From assembly GCA_045807245.1 (NCBI GenBank), contig JBJMHS010000007.1, positions 1-64,000 on the forward strand: a stretch of 64,000 nucleotides of DNA. The letters run 5' to 3'. The stretch comes from Actinomycetales bacterium (GTDB taxonomy: Bacteria; Actinomycetota; Actinomycetes; Actinomycetales; CAVURS01). The notes below the pieces were generated by a model that searched no databases, was not told the origin of the DNA, and worked only from the letters and a program-made list of their open reading frames with translations. A program made the translations under genes and the position numbers. Every line of letters begins with the position of its first letter. Position 1 is the stretch's first letter. Positions 27,057 through 35,742 of this stretch are shown here, in pieces.

Positions 27057-27622
27057 CGCCGTTCTCCTTGCCAGTGTTCGATGCGCTCGGCGAGGACGGA
27101 CCTGGCCCGGAACAGATGAACCTTCACGGTGCCTTCGGAGCACCCCAACGTCGAGGCCACATCCGCCACCGCCAAGTCATAGATGTAGTGGAGGGCGATC
27201 ACCTGGGCCTGTCGCCGAGGAAGCCGGCGTACCTCAGCCCAGAACGCCTCGTGCACATCGGCCATCGGGGCCGGCTCCTCCCGTCGCGAATGCAAGCGCA
27301 GGAGCGCCCGTGACTCGACCCCGCGTCGCCGTAACGTGGATACGCAACGGTTGGCACAGACGCGGCGCACCCACGCGGCAGGAACATCGAGGGACGTCAC
27401 CGTGTCCCAGTGCCGGTAAGCGACGAGCATCGAGTCCTGAGCAATGTCATCCGCGCTGGAGGAGCCCGACAACGCACGGGCGAGCGCCACGAGCCCGGGC
27501 AGCTCGCGGCGGTAGAAGACGTCGAAGGGCTGCGCGGGAGCGAGGTCGAAGACGACCTCCGACCTCGCATCTTCCAGCACACCCTCAACGACCAGCGCCG
27601 TCGGTCGCGATGTACGCGTCAT
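27053..27622 (-). CDS. ECF RNA polymerase sigma factor (actinobacterial SigE-like)
   Basis: ADDIAQDS..AYRHW, AWVRRV and LPRRQAQVIALHY...GCSEGTVKVHLFRAR. Confidence 0.92.
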   Translation of the reverse strand: MTRTSRPTALVVEGVLEDARSEVVFDLAPAQPFDVFYRRELPGLVALARALSGSSSADDIAQDSMLVAYRHWDTVTSLDVPAAWVRRVCANRCVSTLRRRGVESRALLRLHSRREEPAPMADVHEAFWAEVRRLPRRQAQVIALHYIYDLAVADVASTLGCSEGTVKVHLFRARSVLAERIEHWQGERR

Positions 27623-27628
27623 ACCCAT

Positions 27629-27659
27629 AACACGCTCGAGACCGGTCCACAGGTTTACA
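27629..27659 (-). promoter_or_regulatory. Putative autoregulated ECF promoter
   Basis: TGTAAACC-N17-CGTGTT directly upstream of the ECF start. Confidence 0.6.
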
Positions 27660-27707
27660 CGCGCCGCCTAGCTCCTCACTCCAGCGTGCAGACCAGTGAC
27701 GCAGCAG

Positions 27708-27815
27708 GGTCCAACAACGACGCGTCCAGGTTCAGCGTCGGAGGGCGTCCGGGGTCGCCCGGCCGACCTGCTCGAGCGTCACTTCACTGCGCCGGCGCCG
27801 AACCGTCGCTGGGTG
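27708..27815 (+). mobile_element. IS3-family transposase OrfB remnant
   Basis: TTTRP...RPADLLERHFTAPAPNRRWV, the motif that precedes the first catalytic Asp; truncated. Confidence 0.82.
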
Positions 27816-27843
27816 TGGCACACCGGGATCCGCAGTGGTAGCG

Positions 27844-27878
27844 CCCACCCCGAATCGCAGCAAGCGATTCGGGGTGGG
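27844..27878. terminator. 15-bp perfect stem-loop
   Basis: CCCACCCCGAATCGC-AGCAA-GCGATTCGGGGTGGG. Confidence 0.65.
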
Positions 27879-27996
27879 TCACGGCTACTGCGTCGGCTAC
27901 GGCGTTGCTGCCTCCTTGTGCTGCTGGTCGCAGTCGCGGCCGACATGGACTACCGGCACGCCGTAGTCCGCGCCGACGCGTCCCGCCCCGCCGCGG

Positions 27997-28456
27997 TTAG
28001 TGAGCGCCGAGGGTGAAGGCGTAGAACCTGTTGTTGGACGAGCCGAGGTCGGTCCCAGGTTGCCGTACCCAGATCCCCAGTAGACGGTGTCCTTTGCGAC
28101 GACGGCTCCCGCGTTGACCGAGCTGCCTGCTGCGAAGCTCCACAGCGTCGAGCCGGTCGCCGCGTTGAGCGCGAACATGGTGGTGTCCGTCGCGCCCTTG
28201 GCCATGGAGGCCGCGTAGACCACCATTGGCAACCGTCATGGGGCCGATGTCGATCGCCCCGTGCGGGTTCGCTACCTGCCAGATGATCTGGCCCGTAGCG
28301 GGGTTGAGCGGCGCCCAGGAGCCGGCGTAGTTCGTACTGCCGTCCGGCAGGGTGTGTGGGAAGCCGTACAGGTTGGCGTTCTGTAAGTAGATGCGGTTGC
28401 CGTCTGTCGCCGATCCCCATTCTCTTCTGCCCTGCGCCGAGGATCGTCTTGAGGCC
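27997..28456 (-). pseudogene. PQQ-type beta-propeller (PVA-dehydrogenase-like) pseudogene, C-terminal remnant
   Basis: LGAGQK, EWGSATDGNRIY, VVYAASM..MFALNAATGSTLWSF..VYWGSGY and NNRFYAF spread over several frames. Confidence 0.8.
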
Positions 28457-28459
28457 GCA

Positions 28460-28514
28460 ACCCAGGCCTGGCACACCCAGGCCTGGCACACCCAGGCCTG
28501 GCACACCCAGGCCT
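28460..28514. repeat. About 3.7 x 15-bp tandem repeat
   Basis: ACCCAGGCCTGGCAC units; each full unit contains the palindrome CCAGGCCTGG. Confidence 0.95.
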
Positions 28515-28560
28515 AACTGCCCTCTCTCGCGTTCTGGATCGCTCGGAGTTACCGTCGTTG

Positions 28561-29718
28561 ATGCGAGACAAGTCCGCGCGCCCGTATGGCTACCAGCCTG
28601 CGCTGGATGGGATCCGCGGCGTGGCAATCCTTTTGGTCCTCGGCCAGCACGCGCCGACCAGGCCGCTCATCGACGGCTTCGCCGGTGTGACGGTGTTCTT
28701 CTGCCTGTCGGGTTATCTGATCACCACTTTGTTGGTCCGCCAGCTCGAGACCGGCACCATCGATGTGCGCGCCTTCTACCGTCGACGCGCTGCGCGGCTG
28801 GCCCCAGCGTTACTGACCGTCGTAGCGGCGACGACCGTGGTGCTGCTGATACGTCGGCCAGACCTCAGTGTCGGCCAGGTTCTTGCACCCGCCGGCGCGG
28901 CAGTTACGTATACGACAAGCCTGTTCGACTGGACCAACCGCTTCTTCCCCACCGGGGACTACTTCAACTACACCTGGTCGCTTTCGGTCGAAGAGCAGTT
29001 CTACCTGCTCTGGCCGTTCCTCCTGCTGTGGGGCTATCGCCGTAGTCCCCGGTGGTTCGCCGTCCTGACTGCGTCGTTGATCGGGGCCGTCCTGACCCTT
29101 AACCTCCACCTCGGCCTGAGTCGAGCGCTTAAGTACGACCAGCATGAGTACTTCGGGAGCGACACCAACGCGTTGCCCATCCTGGCCGGCTCGTTGATCG
29201 CGATTGTGTTGCTCAACGGTTGGCTGTCTCGGACGACTCGGTACGTTGCGCACGGTGCGGTGCTAGCCGTTGCGCTGCTGCCCGTCCTGGCCTACCGCAA
29301 CGACACCTACCGGCCCTCGCTGGTCATCGTCGCCGGGACCGGACTCACGCTCGTTGCCTTGGTCGGTGTCGTGACGCGACCGCAGTCGCAGATCGGGGCG
29401 CTGCTGGCCAGCCGCCCGATGCGATGGTTGGGCGAACGGTCGTACTCGATCTATCTCTGGAACGTCCTGCCGCGCATCGCGATACTCGGCCTGTTCGGTC
29501 ATTCGTTCGTGGGCGATATCGCCTGGGTTGCCATGTTCATTGTTCTGGCTGAGGCGAGTTTCCGGTTCGTCGAGCGCCCGCTCCGCGCCCGATTCGCGCG
29601 GAAAACAGTTGCGGCAGATGCGGCGACTGCTCCGCCTGTTGGCGCCAGCTCTACGCGTCTCCCGCTCTCTCGCCTCACGGTCGGTCGAGTTCCGCTCGGC
29701 CCCGAGGTTCCACGCTGA
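28561..29718 (+). CDS. Acyltransferase family 3 (OafA-like O-acyltransferase)
   Basis: PALDGIRG, FFCLSGYLIT, FYRRRAARLAP, WSLSVEEQFY and LGERSYSIYLW. Confidence 0.93.
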   Translation: MRDKSARPYGYQPALDGIRGVAILLVLGQHAPTRPLIDGFAGVTVFFCLSGYLITTLLVRQLETGTIDVRAFYRRRAARLAPALLTVVAATTVVLLIRRPDLSVGQVLAPAGAAVTYTTSLFDWTNRFFPTGDYFNYTWSLSVEEQFYLLWPFLLLWGYRRSPRWFAVLTASLIGAVLTLNLHLGLSRALKYDQHEYFGSDTNALPILAGSLIAIVLLNGWLSRTTRYVAHGAVLAVALLPVLAYRNDTYRPSLVIVAGTGLTLVALVGVVTRPQSQIGALLASRPMRWLGERSYSIYLWNVLPRIAILGLFGHSFVGDIAWVAMFIVLAEASFRFVERPLRARFARKTVAADAATAPPVGASSTRLPLSRLTVGRVPLGPEVPR

Positions 29719-29938
29719 TCGAGACGCCACCGGAGCGCGCCTCGACCACCGGCCCCAGTCGAGGCAGCCACACCGGCTGACTTACGGTCGGAGGCTTGTC
29801 CTCGCGCCCGGTCCATGTTTCGGAAGAGCCTCATACCGTGTCGCTGACGAGCAGGCGAACGCCTGGGCAATGGAAGTGGTGGGTCGACAAGCCACCGTCC
29901 GACAGGCCGTTCGCGGTGCGGTCGTGGATCCAGGGTGG

Positions 29939-30916
29939 TCAGAACCCCAGACCTGGACGCAGGCTCTGGGGATACGTCGCAGCCTGGTTGAGCCGCGGGA
30001 AGCCGAGCATGTCCTCAGTGGTCCCCAGCAAGGAGTATGTGTTCTGGTCGCTAGTATCAAGCATCCCCGGCCGGATGTAGGCCGACATCACGATCGTCGG
30101 GATGGCGCAAGAGTTGCCGTCGATCGCGTACACCGCGGGATCGGCGCAGTCGACGCCGTGCGGAACGGTCTTGTTGCCCTCATCCCAGGTCAGGATGATG
30201 AGCGTCCGGCCCCCGGCGTACGACGGCATGGCGAACAACCGCGGCAGCAGCCCCTGCAGCCAGGCGTCACCCGCCACGTACCGGTTGGCCTTGGTGCCGG
30301 GGCAGCCCGAGACCCAGTACGTACCGTGACATTCGTTCGGGCTGATCCAGGTGTAGGCCGGCAGGGAATCGCTCTCGACGGCACTGTCGAACCGGGCGTC
30401 CATCGGCAGCTGGAACAGCGGACACGTCGTCCTACGGATGTCGCTGTACTGGAAGGCGGGAACGTGACCGGTCTTGTATGGGTCCACGTGGCGCTGTTGG
30501 CAGGGTGTTGACTCGCTCTCGGCGTAGTTGACCCACGACGAGCCAGGGACGTCGGACTGATGGAAGATGTTGTCCGAGCCGCTGTAGTCGGCGCCGAGGC
30601 CGCTTGTCGCAGCCGCGTAGTTGTTGACACTGGGGTGCGTCGCGGCGTGCATGTAACCCTCGGAACCGCACGCGGCGGAGATCGAGTGGGTGTACGGCAT
30701 TTGGGTCTTGAGATTCGGCGTGAGCCACGTTGCATAGGAGAGGTTCTCGTCCATGATCACGATGATGTGGTCGTACGCCGGCGGGGTCGCAGGGTCGTAG
30801 CTGTCGGCCAGGGAACCACAGACCGCAGTGTCGGCCTCGGCGATCACGCCGGTGAATGGACCAACCGAGAGGGCGAGGACGGCGGCAAAGGCAGCCGCGA
30901 AAGAGCAAGGACGCAT
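29939..30916 (-). CDS. Secreted phosphoesterase / SapM-like acid phosphatase family protein
   Basis: Signal peptide; HIIVIMDEN, THPSVNNY, LPAYTWISPN, LTWDEG and YSLLGTTED. Confidence 0.85.
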   Translation of the reverse strand: MRPCSFAAAFAAVLALSVGPFTGVIAEADTAVCGSLADSYDPATPPAYDHIIVIMDENLSYATWLTPNLKTQMPYTHSISAACGSEGYMHAATHPSVNNYAAATSGLGADYSGSDNIFHQSDVPGSSWVNYAESESTPCQQRHVDPYKTGHVPAFQYSDIRRTTCPLFQLPMDARFDSAVESDSLPAYTWISPNECHGTYWVSGCPGTKANRYVAGDAWLQGLLPRLFAMPSYAGGRTLIILTWDEGNKTVPHGVDCADPAVYAIDGNSCAIPTIVMSAYIRPGMLDTSDQNTYSLLGTTEDMLGFPRLNQAATYPQSLRPGLGF

Positions 30917-31455
30917 TGCGACTCCGCACTGGAGCCGGCCCAAGGACGTACCGGCTCGGTTGACGTACCTGTCTGCGGCCCTCTTCCATCAGAGGTGATG
31001 ACGCCACGCTAGGGACGTCACTGCGCCGCGACAACCCCCAACTACCTATCGTGGTGCTCTGCGCACGATGGGCAGCGGGTACAAGCCTGAATCACCCGTT
31101 CTTGATGTGGGGGGCGATGTGTCACCTGACAACCGAAGGCTCAGATCACACCGAACGGCTCAGACAAAGACCAGGCCACCCAACGAGCGGCGTCTCATCC
31201 ATCGATCCGGCGGTTGCTGATGCAGGCCGTCACTGTCCTCCGATGCGTCTGAGACGGCGCGGCGTCGACATCCAGTCCACCTAGAACGACGATTCGGTCG
31301 GGGTACGGCTGGTCGACCTAGTACAGGACGAAGTGGTGGGTGAGGACCCCCACGGATTCCTCCACCGTCGAGAGCAAGGAGCCTCTTGGGACCGGGCGAT
31401 CGATCCGCTCATGTGGCTCATGTGCTTGTCCTTCCGGTCTGCATCCGCGGCGCTT

Positions 31456-32669
31456 CTAGTTCGGTCGACGAAGCGCCGCGGCCAGATCCCGCGCCAAGAG
31501 CTCCGGCGCTGTGCCTTCGGCGTAGGTGAGCACCGTTCGGGCAGCCAGTGTGACCTGCAGACGACGGCCAAGATCGTTGGCTGGCCGGTCAGCAGCATCG
31601 TCTGCTAGCCAGCTGACATGGTCATGACGGCCGACGAAGACACATCGGGCGGCGAGCTCGGGTGTCAGATGTTCGATCTCCCACAACACGTTCTCCGAGG
31701 GCAACGACACATCAATCAGGATCCGTTCGCTCCGTAGGGCTAACGCAGCGACCGCGTCCTGCCAGATAGGGCTCGCCACCTTGACCACCCACAGGCGGGC
31801 GCTCATCCCTCGATGGCTGCTCCGCGCGATCTGGGCAACCAATCCCGGGATTTCCGAACGTCGGGTGAGGCCGCTTTGCTGGGCAGACTCCATGAGCTCC
31901 GAGGCCCGTGACACTGCAAGGACATACTGGTTCGGAATCACGGCGATGAACTGGACAGCTGCCTTTAGCAGCAACAAGACCGTCAACGCGGCAGCGGAAA
32001 CCAGCGCGCTCCACGACCCGAGAACCACCACGGCGCCCTCGCGCCCGTGAGCCTGCGTGTTCTTGTACAGGTCAACCACGTGGTTGAGGTCACGGTGCTG
32101 GTAGTAGGAGTAGGCAAGCACCACGGCCGTCGCCCAGAACGACAACATGAAGAGTGCGTACGCAACTGCGGTCAGCACTCGGATCAGCGCGCCGCCTATC
32201 GCCCCGGCCGACTTGAGGCCGCCACTCAGAAGGCGTGCGCGTGTGCCGACCGAGATCGGCTCGGTGTGGTGGTCGTCGAGCGTGACCAACCGCCATGAGC
32301 GACCCAGCGACGCAACGGCAGCGCTCGTGACTACCGCCGTTCCCTCGGCGAACCCGAACCTGCGCAAGTACAAGACCAGCCCATGGCGCCGGCGTGCCAA
32401 CCGGCCCGCCAAGATCGTCAGAAGTATGGCGACCAGGCAGGACACGACGACTGCCAACAAGACAGTTGTCAACGAGATCGTGGAGCCGGAGGCACGGTCC
32501 TCATCGGCCCGTCAACCTTTGCCCCGAGCGCCAACGCCGCCAAGACAGCCACGATCACAGCGACAGCGCGAACAAACCGAACCACGACATGGACCAACAT
32601 CAAGCCGGCGTCGAGCGGCCATCCGCTCCCGCGTCGCGTGAAACCCGCTGGGACAATCCTGACCGCCAT
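31456..32669 (-). pseudogene. Multi-pass membrane protein (LYLRRF family), apparently split by one frameshift near 32510
   Basis: ORF 32669-32469 plus ORF 32472-31456 (LVLYLRRFG, WQDAV..IDVS..SENVLWE); one added G in GACGGG joins them. Confidence 0.6.
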
Positions 32670-33067
32670 CCGCTTCCCACGATCATCGCAACGACTGGGC
32701 CGCCCTGAGGCGGAGTGAACCCTGTCGCCCCCACCGCGTCAAGGCCGCATGCAGCCGGGCTGCAGGGCGGTCTGGCGCTGCCCCTCTGGACTCGATCAGT
32801 CGCCTGAGATGCGCCACATCACAACACTGGGCGCCGACGGCTAGAGCGATGGCGGTGCCAGGTCGTGATGATCAAGGCCGACTCCTCCTCACTGAGCACG
32901 ATGCCTCGGACGAAGTGCTGGCCGGTGGCGTTCGGTGGTGCATGGCCCTGACCGTTCGCGCTCACAGCGTGCTCACGGTTGATCGCATCTCGCCGGGGAG
33001 GTGCTTTGTACTCGCCGGGCGTCGTGTTGTGCCTTCGCTCAATCTGTCCGACGAACCGCAGTCGGGC

Positions 33068-34038
33068 TCACAGCAACGGGTGCACGCCCCAGTCGGCTGG
33101 GTCCTCGGCGACGTCTGAGACGTGGTTGACAGGTCCGCCCTTCGGTGTGGCTGTGTATAGATGGCTGCCGTCGGCGTCGTTGACTAGGAAGGCTATGCGA
33201 TCGCTACGCGGCGACCAATCCGGCTGCGAGCAACCGATGGACGCCGGATCTGTAAAGGGCCCTCCGCATTGTGGCTGGATGTCGATGTGGATCTGGCGGA
33301 GGTGATGCCCGTTGGTGCCCACCAACCAAAGGGTCTGTCGGTGGTCGGTGGTCAGGTGTCGGGAGAACAGGATTTGGTTGCCGTGCGACCAGCTCCCAGA
33401 GGATGCGACATCTGAGCCGGCCGGGGCGATTCGCTTCGAATGCGAGCCGTCGGTGCGTACGACGAATAGGCCGAGGGGCTCTCCCTCGTCCCCGGTGTAG
33501 CGGGCGAAGGTCATCCAGCGACCGTCGGGGGAGAAGCTGCCCGGGACGTCATCGCCCCCGGGGGTTATAGGTCATGCGACGAACGTCACTCCAGTGGGAG
33601 ATCCGGACGGTGTAGACCCCGTTCAAGTTTGGGTCGCTGTCGCTACTTGCCTCACAGGCCAGTCGCTTGTCGTCCGGCGCCCAGACGAAGCACGGGCTGA
33701 AGAGCCCCGGCAGGAAGGGTAGGTAGCGGGCACGTCCCGTGTCGACGTTCAGGATCGTCGTGCCATCACCTGATGGCGTTCGGCAACTGGCAATCTGTCG
33801 GCCATCGGGCGACCAGTGTGGACACTTCATCGGGTGCCGGTACACCTGGTGGGCGTCGGTGCCAGCTGGGTTCACCACGAATGGAGAACGAGGTCGTCAA
33901 ACGTGGAGTCGTCGACCGGGTACAGAATCAGCCCGTCTCGGACGTGAGGTCTGGGCTTGCGATAGCAGGCGATGCACCGACACCGAAGCTGGCCAGTATG
34001 AGGATGAGCACCGACAGGAACGCTGAGCGCTTGACCAT
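33068..34038 (-). pseudogene. Secreted TolB/PD40-repeat beta-propeller, frameshifted
   Basis: GGAGGAG RBS, signal peptide MVKRSAFLSVLILILAS; WSPDG, WAPDD, FSPDG and WSPRS repeats in three or more frame segments. Confidence 0.8.
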
Positions 34039-34351
34039 GTGACCGGCTCCTCCGTCGAGCAGGTCGTGAGAAGCAACGACGACAAACGTCCTCCCCCAAA
34101 GACCTGCGATGTCAAGGTTCTTGACGTCCTGTCGCGCCCCGCGACACGCCCGGACCTGAATGGGAGAGCTGGTCCGTCGTTGTCACGACCCTGGTGTTAA
34201 CGGGGGCAAGTGGACCCCCGCCGGGCTGGACCTTGATTCGAGGGAGGTGACCGCACAGCGAGATGATGGTCCCTAGGGACGCGCTTACCTAAGCCACCTG
34301 GCTGAGCCGCGAGCGGATCGCTGGAGGCACGTGAGGGGTAGGACAGTGACG

Positions 34352-35530
34352 TTAGAGGATTCGGTTGGCGCAGTAAGTGCTGTCCGGGCCGAATGGCCCA
34401 CCGCACTGAGTCGTCTGCGCGAACTGGTCTGCTCGACCGAAGTCGTTGTTGGTAGTGGGGTAGTCGACGCCGTAGCTGAAGGACCCGTCCTCGTTCTGAG
34501 TGAACCATGGATAGATGCAGAATGGTCCGCCGTAACCTGAGCAGCTCGACCCGGTCTCCGTGGAGTCCGTCACTTCGGTCTTGCCGCCGTAGTCCGAGAC
34601 CACGGCCCAACCGGTCGGGTCGGCACCGCTGGCGAAGGTGACCGATTCGATGTGGATCGGCGGTGACTGGTCCTGCCATGCGGGCGCGTCGTAGGAGTAG
34701 CAGCCGGTCTCGCCCGGCCAGCAGAACGCAGAAGCTGGTGAGGTGAACGGCGATGTGTGGCCGATCTCCCAGACGAACGAAGCCGGCGCGTCGTGCACCG
34801 ACCCCCACTTGAGGGAGTTGCCGAGACGCTGCACCGAGTACGACGGCATCAACGGCCCGTCCTTCGTGCTGTTCAGCACGATGGTCCCGGCTTGGCCGGT
34901 CGTGAGGTCGGTGACCGTGATGTGCCAGCCGTCCCTGGCACTGGTCACGAAGAAGTGAACGCTGATGCGATCGCCTTGGTGCATGACCAGCGGGGCGTTC
35001 GAGCCGGCGCGGGTCAGCATGGCGTTGAATGCGGCCGGCTCGTGATAGACCGGCTTCTGCCCGGTGGTGTGGATAGACCAAACCGGCGAGCAGACCGACC
35101 ATGAGCCGACAACGTGCTTGACCTCGAAACCGCCGTTTGGGGTGCACCTCGTCACCACGGCGTTCGGATAGAACTGAAGCTCCTCAAAAGCTTGGCCGAA
35201 CAGGCTGCTGGTGTCGTCGACAGGGCCGCCGAACCAGAAGGTTGGCCCGACGGCGTCGACGTCGAAGTGTGGTCCATTCTGCGGCAGGATGAACGTCCAC
35301 GTCAGGTCCTTGGCCGATCCGGCCCGGTCGGAGAGCGGCATCAGCTCGGGCTCGTCATGTCCAGAACACCCGGCGGAATAACGAGTCTCGAAGACGTCTT
35401 CGATGTAGGCCGGACGATGGGCGATGCACGCCCCCTGCCCAGCGGAGGCCTGACTCGCGGCCACTGGGACCAGCATTGCGGCGCCTAGCGTCAAGGCCGA
35501 CACGACCACTGCCAACCGGACGTGCCCCAT
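34352..35530 (-). CDS. Secreted Cys-rich protein with GHDEP motif, unknown function
   Basis: Signal peptide, many Cys, GHDEP, EELQFYP and GDRISVHF..TDLTTGQ. Confidence 0.8.
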   Translation of the reverse strand: MGHVRLAVVVSALTLGAAMLVPVAASQASAGQGACIAHRPAYIEDVFETRYSAGCSGHDEPELMPLSDRAGSAKDLTWTFILPQNGPHFDVDAVGPTFWFGGPVDDTSSLFGQAFEELQFYPNAVVTRCTPNGGFEVKHVVGSWSVCSPVWSIHTTGQKPVYHEPAAFNAMLTRAGSNAPLVMHQGDRISVHFFVTSARDGWHITVTDLTTGQAGTIVLNSTKDGPLMPSYSVQRLGNSLKWGSVHDAPASFVWEIGHTSPFTSPASAFCWPGETGCYSYDAPAWQDQSPPIHIESVTFASGADPTGWAVVSDYGGKTEVTDSTETGSSCSGYGGPFCIYPWFTQNEDGSFSYGVDYPTTNNDFGRADQFAQTTQCGGPFGPDSTYCANRIL

Positions 35531-35742
35531 CTCGGCCTTCCACATCTCCCCGAGGCAGACAGCGGACATGGCGATCATGCCCCCCGCCTCAGGCAGGCCG
35601 CAAGAGATAGCGCAACACACCGAAGCTGGGCGGGGCGTTCACATTGAATTGGGTAATAAAATCATCCGATGTGAGTAAGGAAATAGCAAGCAACTACGAC
35701 TGGTTACTGGTCTGAGAGGCATTCCGCTCGCCTGATTCCGGC

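Noticed and set aside
27661..27668. GCGCCGCC as an att duplicate of the tRNA-Lys 3' end
   Set aside because: An 8-bp GC-only match is expected by chance.
28460..28514. 15-bp palindromic repeats as CRISPR or iterons
   Set aside because: No spacers, and no cas or rep gene nearby.
31140..31450. Possible small gene or RNA between the phosphoesterase and membrane-protein genes
   Set aside because: Protein-like fragments with internal stops but no recognisable family or RNA motif.
32802..32823. Second IS481-like end (..ACATCACA)
   Set aside because: Only the last 8 nt match well; no subterminal repeat or transposase remnant.
34195..34220. Possible IS21-like terminal sequence TGTTAACGG..AAGTGGACCCC
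   Set aside because: Spacing is off and there is no partner end or istA/istB remnant.
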